From Podarcis gaigeae (Eukaryota), in assembly GCA_964106915.2 (NCBI GenBank), contig OZ066922.1: a stretch of DNA of 64,000 nt; one strand, written 5' to 3'. Position numbers and translations under genes: made by a program. The first letter of the stretch is position 1; every line of letters starts with the position of its first letter. Positions 25,381 to 36,527 of this stretch are shown piece by piece. Under the pieces are notes generated by a model. It had not been told where the DNA came from. It saw only the letters and a program-made list of their open reading frames with translations, and did no database searches.

Positions 25381-27823
25381 GACCATTTTGACTTGGTTAG
25401 CTTGCAAGTATTATTTTCAGTAGCACATAGCAGACCATAAGACAAACATTTGAGCTCAGTTCCATGGACTGATTCTTTAAAAAAACAAACAAACAACATT
25501 GACCCAAATATTTTGTTCTTCGATAGCAGTTTTTCATCAGTTTCTTTTCCGCTTGCGACAAAGGAGCAGGTACCAACAATGGCCTTCCTGAAAACTGTCC
25601 TTTCTTCTTTTAATGCTTGTTCCCAGCTCACAACAGAAACATGACTTTCTCAAAGATGAAACATTTTAACCAATTTATTTTATCGCTACTTTGATTAAAT
25701 TCAATCACATTGGTAGTGTATGCTGTGTTTCCTTAATTGCTTCTTGGCAACTAGCCGACTCACTCCATTATAATTATAATACCCTTTATATCTAATAAGC
25801 AATTTGATAAAAGAAAATTTATTTTTGTAAGCTCTCTTTATCAAAGACTTTCTTAGAGTTAATGTTGGCAGACTTGCCCAGTAATGATTTGAAGCCACTT
25901 TCTGTTTTTTAAATACAGGCTCAATTCAATCCAATTGAATAGAATTATTCTGGGCCAGACCCTCAAGTCTCTCACTGGCTCCAGAATGCATCTGTAGCAG
26001 AAGCATGGAGACTAATCTGCCTAATCTGAGTTTAACCTAAATAAATAAAGTGATTCAACGTTGTTCTTGATCTTTATTAAATATATACTACACTTGAACT
26101 TAGCCAAGGTCTTCATTTGAAACAGGATTGCTCATCCTATAACATTTGTGCTCCCAATAGAAAGCAATTTAAGTATAAGAAGAAAAAGAAAAAGAAAGAT
26201 AGCAGTTGTGGCTGGCTAATGCCTTGGCCATCCTGCTTAAGTTACTTCATGTGTGTTGTTCAGCAGAGCGCTTTGGGTGCATAGGGAACATCTCCCAGCT
26301 CTGACAGGAAACATTTTCCTCATTCATTTCAGTGGAGATTCACCAAAGTCCTCTCTCTTGATTCACGCCTTCATTGGCTTACTCTTTCAGAATATTTGAT
26401 CAATGGCATACATAGAAAAGCTTGAGTGCAAGTTAAGTTAGAAATCACCTCCTCATAGCATCCTTCCCACCCCCTAGGAGCAGAAGTCTTACCAAGGGTG
26501 GAAGCATGGCTGAATTGGAAAGAAGAAGGGCCTTCTTAGTAACTGCACCCAGATTGCAGAACACCTTGTGCTTTGAAGTACAGCTGGTTCCCACTCACTG
26601 TTTCTCATCAGTTACTGAAAACCTCATTATTCCAGTTAAAATGATTTTTTAAACTGCTGACCTGGTATATTTTGTAATTGCTTTATATTCTTTTCTACGG
26701 AATTGTGATTGCTATATATGTCATCCAGAGTGATGTATTTACATTAAAAAGACAAGATATAAATACTCTAATGAGCAGAACGGAACAGAATAAAACAAAA
26801 CAAAATAAAATCCAACGTTTAAAGAGCTTTGCATTTCAGTCATTGTCTCCAATACAACTGGGTGTGCATTCAGGAGTTAAGGCTACATGTACACAGCTCA
26901 CTGCAAAAAGGAAGTGGAAGGACCACATCCATCTATCTGCTTCCTCTTCAGCAGCTGATGGACTGAATAACTCTCCTTGAAGCTTGAAGCTCTAGCAGCC
27001 AGAAGCAGCAAGATTGAGGAGCCAAACTGTGCATGCAGCACTCATTTTTATTTGTTGTTCCACACCCAGAGAGGTGGAAGTCTGCTTCTATAGTTCAATT
27101 GGAAGCTTATCTTATTGCTCTCAAATGGCAACATTTAGCAGGGTTTTGAAAGTAATCAGACTTCAGCCAACATCAATTTTTCTGTTGGGGATTGTATGTG
27201 TTTTTCAGGGAATGTGACGGTTAAGGGTAGGTGGGACTCATTAGGCACTGGAATTTAAATGCTTAATTTAAGAGTTGCAATGTTCTTGTATAACTGCATT
27301 AATTCATTAACCCAGGTATTACTTTTTATGACCCTTGAAGACAATAATTCAATGCCAGTTTATCACAGGGAATGTTGTGGAGCAATAGATGGTTTTGGGT
27401 CCAGATGTTTTGCCAATCCAAGACGGTTGAAGGCACAACACAAAGTGCCACAACTCCCATCCCAAACTGTGACCCCCATCACACTTGGACTTGGGGGAAA
27501 AGCCTTCTGATGACTACCAAATGGATCTTGCATGCCTAATTTTAGTGAGGGATGGGACACCTCCCATCTCATCAGTAGATGTCATGGACAATGCCAGAGA
27601 AGGGATTAAGGAGTTCCCACCCCCTCCAGGTCAATCACAGATGTGTCCTCGAGCAAATACTTGTTATTTGTGCATGTCCTTAAGGAAATTTAATCTGTTA
27701 GTAAGAAAATCCAAACGTATTTCCTTTGCATGCAGCCTAGATGCTCTTGCTTGGATGAGATGAGCTCCCTTTTCAAAAGTGCCTTTCTGAAGCACATGTG
27801 CTGTTTGTTTAATGTTCTGCTGT

Positions 27824-27887
27824 AGTTGGACTCGATGGCCCTTGTGGTCTCTTCCAACTCTATGATTCCATGATTCTATGATTCTAT
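27824..27887 (+). mobile_element. CR1 LINE 3' terminus
   Basis: gttggactcgatggcccttgtggtctcttccaactctatgattccatgattctatgattcta: CR1 terminal hairpin plus (ATTCTATG)n octamer tail. Confidence 0.85.
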
Positions 27888-30800
27888 ATTGTGAAGGTTG
27901 CACAAGAGGCAAGGGAACTAGATGGTAAAGCCACTGGGCGGTGAGTACACTACCTCATTATTTGAATCAGAGAGCTAGAAGAAATAATGATTATCCAGTG
28001 GCTTTTCTGATAAGACGGAGTCTCTTTAAACCAGTTATTGTTCTTTTCTGGAGAGCATTCAATAACTGTGTCATTTGATGAAGAACCACTGGGTACTTTG
28101 ACAGAAAATGCCTACCTCCCTCCGTTGCTGCCCAGTTGCTTGTCTCTTGTTCCCCAGCCTTAATGTCATTAGACAAGCTTCTCCTATCTGAAACCATTTG
28201 GGGAATCGCAGCAAATGTCCTCTGACCTTGATCACTGTGGAACAGTTTAACGAAATTTCTTCATACAACATGTTTATTTGCATAAATCACTAAGATGCAG
28301 GACAGCAATTCTAAGTGCATTTTAATTTCAGATATCTGTGCTTTGGGAAGAGACATGCCTCACCCACCCACACAGACACCCCCCCTCAAAAAAAGAAAAT
28401 GCAGAAACATAAATGTAAATGTGTATCATATATGTTGAACTTGAGGGTAAGGACTCCATCAACTAGGAAGAAAGCAGAAAAGTTTTGCACCCTCTTGGAA
28501 CAATGCCACAAATGTACTCTGGTGACTGGTGAGAATAAGAGTAGTAGTGAATCTCTTTTATGGTGCTGTTTTCAGGACATAATGTGCTGGTTTTATGGCA
28601 TACCGCCACAGCAATGCCTGAATTGCCGATGGAAATGCAATTTAGGATCCTGAGCAAGATCTAGCAGTGCTCCAATAATTTAATCATATCCATCATAATT
28701 TTCATCCCATATCACCATTAGGTGATAATTACTTATGTTAAAAGAAGGCATTTTCATCTACGTCCACTGCAGTTCAACATTGCCTCTGAATTTCAAGAGA
28801 ATAAAGCTACAGGGAGATAGAGAGGAAACAAAAGAGCCTTTTGATATCCTTAAGGCTTGAATGACTATGTACTTAACAACACCATGAAACACAGATGCAA
28901 TGCATCTTTACATCTAACAGGCTGTTTATGGGGGATCTATGGTCAGTCCTCACTAAACACATCATAAACACATCCCTGAAGGTCTAATGTTTTATGGTTG
29001 CATCTCATAAAATCATTCCTACTTTCAGAGAATGTGTTTATACATTTGGAAGTTTATCTGTATTCTACACTTTTTTACAGCTGGAAGTCAGACATTTCAT
29101 TTTGTCCGCTTTTCTCTTCCAGTTAAAGGCAACGTAAAATGCATTTCATTTGCCAAGCCACTATTCTATGTCTGCCTGGTAAGGCCCAGTGTGCCTACGT
29201 CAGGAATGATAAGCAGATGGTTTAGTAGGCTCAGGCAGGTGCTCACCCTGTACAGAGCATTGACTTGTCCAGATTCATGAGCCATCCCAGAAACAGCAGA
29301 GATATACTGTACTTGTCTATCAAAACAAAAGAATCCACCACCTCTATTTCTCCACCCCTTCCTGTCTCAAACTTGGGTGTTGTACCAGGCAGCTTGGTTG
29401 TGCCTTAAAAAAATGCGAGAGAAGAGCTACTTGGAATCTTAGGGTCTGTGTGTCTCTGATTAATCTCAAAACTCATTGTAGGTTGAGCCTGACAGAACAT
29501 CTGGTTCCAAGTTTTTACTGGGAATACACATACAAATTTCTGATCCCATATAGACCAAAAAAGGTTTACTTATAAAGTTCAGTATCAAGTAACAGCAGCA
29601 AACAGGAATCCTTTACAGATGTCTCTAGCCCCTTCAACACTGTGAAAAGTGTTCTTCTTAGTCCCTGCTTCTTCGCTTTATGTGACTCATATGTGGGCAG
29701 CAGCAATCTTTAACAAATTCCTTCTTGAGGAATTTTAGACATTCAAATGCCATAAATATTGATTTTCACTCCCCAGACAAATTTGTAGCTCGAAATGTAG
29801 CCACTGGTTTTGCTTTCTCTAAATATTCTAGAAAAGTTCTTGGCAAAAAAAAAGTCAAACTGAGAGACAATACATTTAGGAATGTTTCTTTGACAAAAAA
29901 TGTATTGTAAAATATCACAATTTAGTTTCGGTATATATCACAGATTAATATGGAGCTGAGACTCAATGAATTTATTGTTGAATGCAAGTGAAACTGATAG
30001 AGAATGATTTGTCCATCCTCATCCGGAGACTAATTAGCTCTGGCTGTAACTCTACACACACTACCTAATTGAACAGTTATTTGACACTCATAGAAAATAA
30101 CTAAACACGGAGGCAGTATTGCAGCAGAAGCACAAATGCAAATAGAAATCTCACTCTATCTGCTTCTTCACCATAAGTGCTGCTCCTATCTCAAAGGCTA
30201 ACCACAGAAATGAAGATAAACAGGTAATTCGGAAAAATCATACTCTGGGTCATTACATTAGTTTTGTATGCATGTAGAAGAATGAGGAAAGGCAAATGTG
30301 GCAGGTATTTATAAACAAATCAGTTCTGCAGAGACCCTGACATTCTTTGGCACAATTGTTAGGTGACATTGCCTATTAATTTGAAAAGAAAATAATAGGT
30401 GGCGGAGGAAATATGAAAACAATAATTCACTTCTAGTATATAGCACAATTCTATGAAATGCCATTTACGTTTCTTTGCCCAGGGAGCAGACCAGAGTGAA
30501 AACTTCAGCAGTCAGGTCCAATCCCTGGGCCACCCCCCAAGCCACAGCGGACTGGTGCAAATTCAAACCTGGATCTGGCAGGAACCCAGAGAGCATTGTG
30601 ATGGCCAGGCAAAGGGGCCAACAGCTGAAACAAACACGGTGTGGCTCCGCAGGGGGGTGGGGTGGGGGTGGGAGGAGCCGCCAGACTGGGTGGCAAGTGC
30701 CTCCCACCCTTCGACCAATTAAGTGCCTATTTCCTTCAGCCCTACCATCCATTGCTGAAGGGGGTAAGTGCTGGAAGAAATATAAGCATAAGTCATTGAG

Positions 30801-32479
30801 AAGATAATGAAAATATTCGCAGTAAGCAGTGTGGTCCTTTTGTATTGAAATCTAAGTGTAACTTCAAACATCAATTATTTTACTGCATAATTATCTATTT
30901 TAAATCGCAACATTCTAGAATCTCGGGAATGAGGTTGTCTAAAAGAGTGATATAAAATACCACTTTCAAGCCATGAATCAAAATTATCAGTTGCTGTGCA
31001 GTTAATAGTTGGGGAGCCTAACACACATTTTATGTATGTCCCAAATATTTGTGAATCTTTTCACATATTAGGGACACTGAGTTCTCACAGTGAGCAACCA
31101 GATGTCTAGAGAAAATGTGTTATTCCATGGGGCTGGCAGTGCTGAGTGACCCAATAGGGCTTGGGGTCACATCAACCCCAAAATAGGGATGACCCAACAG
31201 GGCTTTAGATCACATCAATCCCTAACACAGTAGAAAACTGTTTCTGCAGGGGTTTACCCCATGACCTCCATTTACCAATACAGAATGAAATTTAGTTATG
31301 AGCAAGAGGGGAATTAAGAGGAAGCAACTAGGAAAAGGTTTCTGGGACATTGGAGAAGAGATAGAAGTGGCACATTCTTCTCTGGACTCCATCTTACCCT
31401 CACCGTTTTTTTCTACATAAGCAGATTTTTCTAGCGTTTTCCTGTGCTGTGATTTCTCTCACCAGGCCCAGCCCACTCATGAGGCAGGGTAAGCAGCCAT
31501 ACTGAGTTGCAGAAGCCCCCTGATGCAGCGTTCCCACAGCCACCCCACGGGCCCCACCACCTCTGCCAGAAAAGTGGCACCAGCACTGGTGCCAATTTCA
31601 GCGTCAATGCCAATGCCACTTTGCTGTCACCACCAATGGAGCACAATGGCGGTGGTGGCAGAGCAGGGCAAGACTTCCTGTTTTGAAACAGGACACATTA
31701 CCTCTGTCTCTCATTTCTGGAGCACACACAAAATGAAGAAAGCTTTGAAAGTAGAAGCTTTGAAAGTGCTCATTCGGAGTGCTGATGTCTGCCATCTCCA
31801 AGACACATTAATGTAGGAGAGGAACAATCAAAATGAATTTGTTTTCAGATGCGATTCTTGTGGCTTGTAATAATTTTTCATTGGGTTCAGTTGTGTGTGT
31901 GTGTGTGCTGAATTTTCAACACACTGTTATGAAGGTTGCATGCAACCCCCAATCTCTGCCAGGTGGTAGCAAAATTCCAGGGAGGTGGCGGTTCAAGTAC
32001 CTACCCAGGTTTGTGTTTCCATTGGGAATCAAGACGCAGCAGAGATCATCATGTCTTTAAGAAATATGGTTTGTTAACATATATTTACACCTGGGTCTAC
32101 TTGGGAGTTCAGAACATTACATCTCAAGAGACGCTTGTTCCCCCTGCAGTGCAGCATTGGATGTCCAAAGCATCATGTATGCCATCTTTCTGCCTCTGTC
32201 CTAGCCTGTCCAGATGGTTCTGACCTTCAGCCTCCACATGGAGCTCTACCTATTTCCTCCTCCTTCCCAGCAGACTTTGCAGAAAAACAATTCCTACTTT
32301 TCATTTCCAGCACGCAATCTATCTATAACCTCCATTTCAAATACCTTTTGCAAAAGGCACCCCCCTGTGGTGACATCAGGTCCCCCTTTTATCTTGGTAG
32401 CCTCCCACTTTCTTGTCTGATGCTGAATGTCTCACCCTTTGTCCGGGTATTGACTCTGCTACCACTTGTCTTCAAGGGT

Positions 32480-32655
32480 AACAACTTGAATAAAATATTG
32501 CAGGGGCTCAGGTAAGCCCCAGCCTACATAATCCATCAGAAGATATGGCACATGCACACAATTTGAAGGGCAATGCCCATCAACTTTGGGACGGGCCCAG
32601 CCCCCTGAAATATTTCATTGTGGGGAGGCGGAGGGACCTCAGCTCACAGGAGTTT
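32480..32655. mobile_element. MITE-like repeat with an inverted partner at 36360-36527
   Basis: caacttgaataaaatat...ggtaagccc...aatgcccatcaact...aaatattt is the reverse complement of 36410-36521 (aaatattt...agttgatgggcatt...gggcttacc...atattttattcaagttg). Confidence 0.7.
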
Positions 32656-33199
32656 CTCCGATGCTTGTCCTTATTCCTGGGTGGCACCTCTCTAAACCTA
32701 GCCCCTGAGGAAGTTGGTTTGACTTCAAAACCCACATTTACTAATTTCAGAAATTATGGGGAGAACATGGCACCCAAATTTAAGCAAACCCATATTGGTA
32801 AATTTTGTACAACTGTGTTGTGGAATTGTTGGAAATTAAAAGGTGACTCTGAACTGCCTGACACTAAAAAAAAATTAAAAATGCATCATGGCAGGCATCA
32901 ACAGTGGGTCATGCCAGGGCAGTGGGACACTGACAGTCACATGATAATGCCAATCATGTGTACTAGAGTAAAAAAAAAAAAGGAGTCCATGGTGATAAAA
33001 CTTCGGATTGTCAGGAAACATCTTTAAAGTTGTGGGAACAGAAATAACTGTAACTGACCTCATCTCTGGCCCTTCACAAAACATTTCAGCCTATTCAATG
33101 CTGTCATGAAAATCCTTTCTACAAAATTAATCAAAATAGGCTTGGAAACCTGTCATGTGAACTGAAACGTGACTGAACGACCGTTAACAAAGGATAATG

Positions 33200-33790
33200 A
33201 TACACTGATGTGTATCAAGTTGTGGGGAGGTGCCTAGTGGGAACTAAAGCAACTGGCATTACTTCCATATTTATTTGACATCTTCATTAATGATCTGGAA
33301 AGGGGAGTAAACAGCAGGTTAATGTAATTCACATATTATCCTGAATTGGGAGGCATTGCAAAATAAAAAAACAGCCAAGGCATGGAAATAATAGAGAGGG
33401 AGCTATGATATTGGAAACATGGCCTTAGCAACAAAATGATATTCACTTTGGAACACAGCAATATAATAATATCAGAGGGGGGAATATAATCCAAAGCAGA
33501 TCTATTGAATGTGGGAGTGAAACCTGAAAAGCAATAAAGCTTAAACAGCCATAGAGATGGTAATGGGGAGCAAATTAGTCAGGAGTGCATAACATAATGC
33601 AGCACAGAAAAGGGCTGAGCCATTTTGATGGAAATATCAATGTGATAGTAGAAAAAAAAGATGGTAATAACATCAGCCAACATCAGCCCAGAGTAATCAT
33701 ACCTGAAACACTGTGTGCAATTTTGGGTAGCACCTTGTCAAATTCAAAGCATTTTATTGCAAAACCTGCCACACTACCAAGGGTCTTGGG
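33200..33790 (+). mobile_element. Ancient CR1/L3 LINE RT fragment
   Basis: Translation LLPYLFDIFINDLERGVNSRLM*FTYYPELGGIA matches CR1 RT LGPVLFNIFINDLxxGxxxxLxKFADDTKLGG; further weak similarity to about 33750 (cacctgaaacactgtgtgcaattttgg, PHLEYCVQFW-like). Confidence 0.8.
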
Positions 33791-36359
33791 GAAGGGAGAC
33801 ATTATCAGGAATGAATTTAAGAGATAAGCATTAATCTGTATATCATGTACAAGCAACATTGGAAGGAAGGACAGCTTTATTTTAGGCTTAAACACCCAAA
33901 CAGGAAGCCTTGGTTATCTTTCCAGTTGGATATGCTTCTGGGATGACATGCAGAGGAGAAAGTTGCAATTATTTCCATATTTATTTGACATCTTCATTAA
34001 TGATCTGGAAAGAGGAGCAAATAGCAGATTTGCTTCTTTCTGCTCCCCACCCCAATGGGGTTAAACATGCCACAACCTTATTAAGACACATAACACAATG
34101 CAAGTTATTAACTATAAAAGGGTAGTTCTAACCCTTCCTACTGCAGTGCCCACAACTGGTATGCATAATTACCTGCCAAGGTGGCGTCCTGGGATAACAC
34201 TCTGAAGTTAACCCCAATAAATTAGCCATTCTTTTTTGCAGGAAAAGGTAAGTTCCCTACATAGCTACCTGCAATTCTTAATGGTCGTATTATATCCAGG
34301 TTGTACCATATCACAGACAGGAATTCCACTCTAAGGCCACTCAGCCCTCTGAATGCCTGGCTTTCCCCTATCTCTTCCTAGGTAGCCTTCACAGACAACT
34401 GCCTGTTCTGCACTGATAGCTAGTGTAAGGGACAACCTGAGTTGGTTCTCTCTCTCTTTCTCACCTGCTGCATCCTATCCGCAGGTATGATCCAGACATC
34501 TGAATCCCAAAGTCCGCATGTATTTATCATTATTTTCTTGTGTATTTTTATCCCACTTTCTAGACCCAGCCACCATATGGTGGCCTACAATTAAAATGTT
34601 AAAAGCAGTGAAAAGAAGAAGAAAAGAAATAGGAAACATTTAATAAAAATAGCATTGGATAAAATTCTATGAAGAAAATCCCTGTCCTCTGAGCTGCTAT
34701 TACGTACTTTCAGTGTAGAAGCCACCAATGCAAGCTTTTCACTGAGATGCCGAGATAAGGGAAAGTGCTAAACTCCTCCTTCCCACCTCCTGCAGTCCTG
34801 ATTCCCTCCTCTCTCCCAGTCACATTGCTTTCACACAGTCAACTTCATGTCTGCTTCTTTTTCCCCTCCTGTATTACACACTGATAGTAATTGCCTTGCT
34901 TGGTTATACACCTGTGTTTGTTTAAGAATTCCTATGGATAAGCTTTCCTGTGGCTTTGAAGGCTCTGTTGCAGAAAGACATTTGGAAGAGTGCTTCTCCT
35001 CCTCCCATCATTGTACAGCAGAGAGGAAAGAAGCTGCTTTTGCCAAATCTCGCCTTTCATGCAGGAATTCAAAGCAGACTATCCACCATTAGGCCGGGAG
35101 CTGGAAGCTCTCTCAGGAATTAGCCTTTTCTGGCACTGGCAGTGTTATAGTTGGCAACAGATATTCTAATCCGCTTCCGAATGACTAGTCCGCTTGTGTG
35201 TTCTGTGGATTTTCATTTCCTACAGACGCTCATCTCCTGCCCTCTCCACCATAGTAACCTTGGTTTTTGTTTGTTTATGCATTGCATTGCAGCATAGGGT
35301 CATGCCAAGTGAAAATACTTACACTCTAATTTATGGCTCGCCTGACTTAAGTTTAATTTAAAAGAAGAAAATGGGAAGTTTGCATGCAAGCAATAGGTAG
35401 AGGTCTAGAATATGCAATATCCTGAAACAAATAATTCATGTCATTCTTCAGGCTAACATTTAGCAAATGTGGTGACATTTATGCAGTGTTAAATGATTGA
35501 CACCTCTTAATTCTAATGTAGAAGCTAGTCTAGCATTTCTTTTAGAGTGCTAACATATCTATGTGACATTTCTTTGCAGTAAAACTGTCAGGTTTGTAGC
35601 ACTTCCCATACATGAGAAATTTCTCTCCCTAACACAACATTATTGCAAAATTTAACCTTGTGTAGAAGGTTGTTATGACACCCAAACTTAGTGAAATATG
35701 GCTGAGGAGAAGCACAGTGACACTGTGACACAAGACGATTTATTTGTTACATTTTCCTAATTTTTTCCTAAAGCGGGGGTTTTCCTTATTTGTTAAGAAG
35801 CTCCATCTTTCACTTGCACCAAGAGTGGGAAGGTCAGTGGCATCTAAGTGCAAACAAAGATACAATGTGATATGTTAGTTTCAGACGATGGAGGATTGGA
35901 TATTGGAATTATATTTCAATTTATTTATGCGGACCAATGCCGAGGCAGTTGAACATTGTTTGTAGCAGGCTCAGCAAGACCATAAGTGCTCAAGACCTGG
36001 AGACCTAGATTCCATGAGCTGATTTATTGTCATTTCATGTTCCAAGAGACAGGGTGTCTGGTATACATGCCCAGAATTGCCACAGCACTAATTCATCTCT
36101 TCATAAAGTCATTAGAACATTTATTTAAAGAGGGCACTTTTAGAAGCCTATTTGAAGCTACACCTCCTGACCTGGAAGCCCTGTCTCCAAGTCCCAGATA
36201 TGTGACTCTACCTATTCAGTTGGAAAAGAAAGGCATCTAAAGCAATTCAACTACCTGCTCTACAGATGTCACTGAAGTGATGGGGTCAGGGGACGAGACC
36301 ATGGCTAAGTGCTACTCTGATAATGCAAAGACTGAAATAGGGCCCATTAGGTAGAGAAT

Positions 36360-36527
36360 AGGCACCACCCCACTAGGGGCTGAGATCCCTTCAGCCCACC
36401 CCCCATAAAATATTTGAGGGATTGCCCTCCCAGTTGATGGGCATTGCAATTCCAATGATGTGTGCTTTGATTGATTATGCAGGGCAGGGCTTACCTGCCC
36501 CCCTATATTTTATTCAAGTTGGCACCG
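36360..36527. mobile_element. MITE-like repeat, second copy (inverted relative to 32480-32655)
   Basis: Shared blocks as described for the partner copy. Confidence 0.7.
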
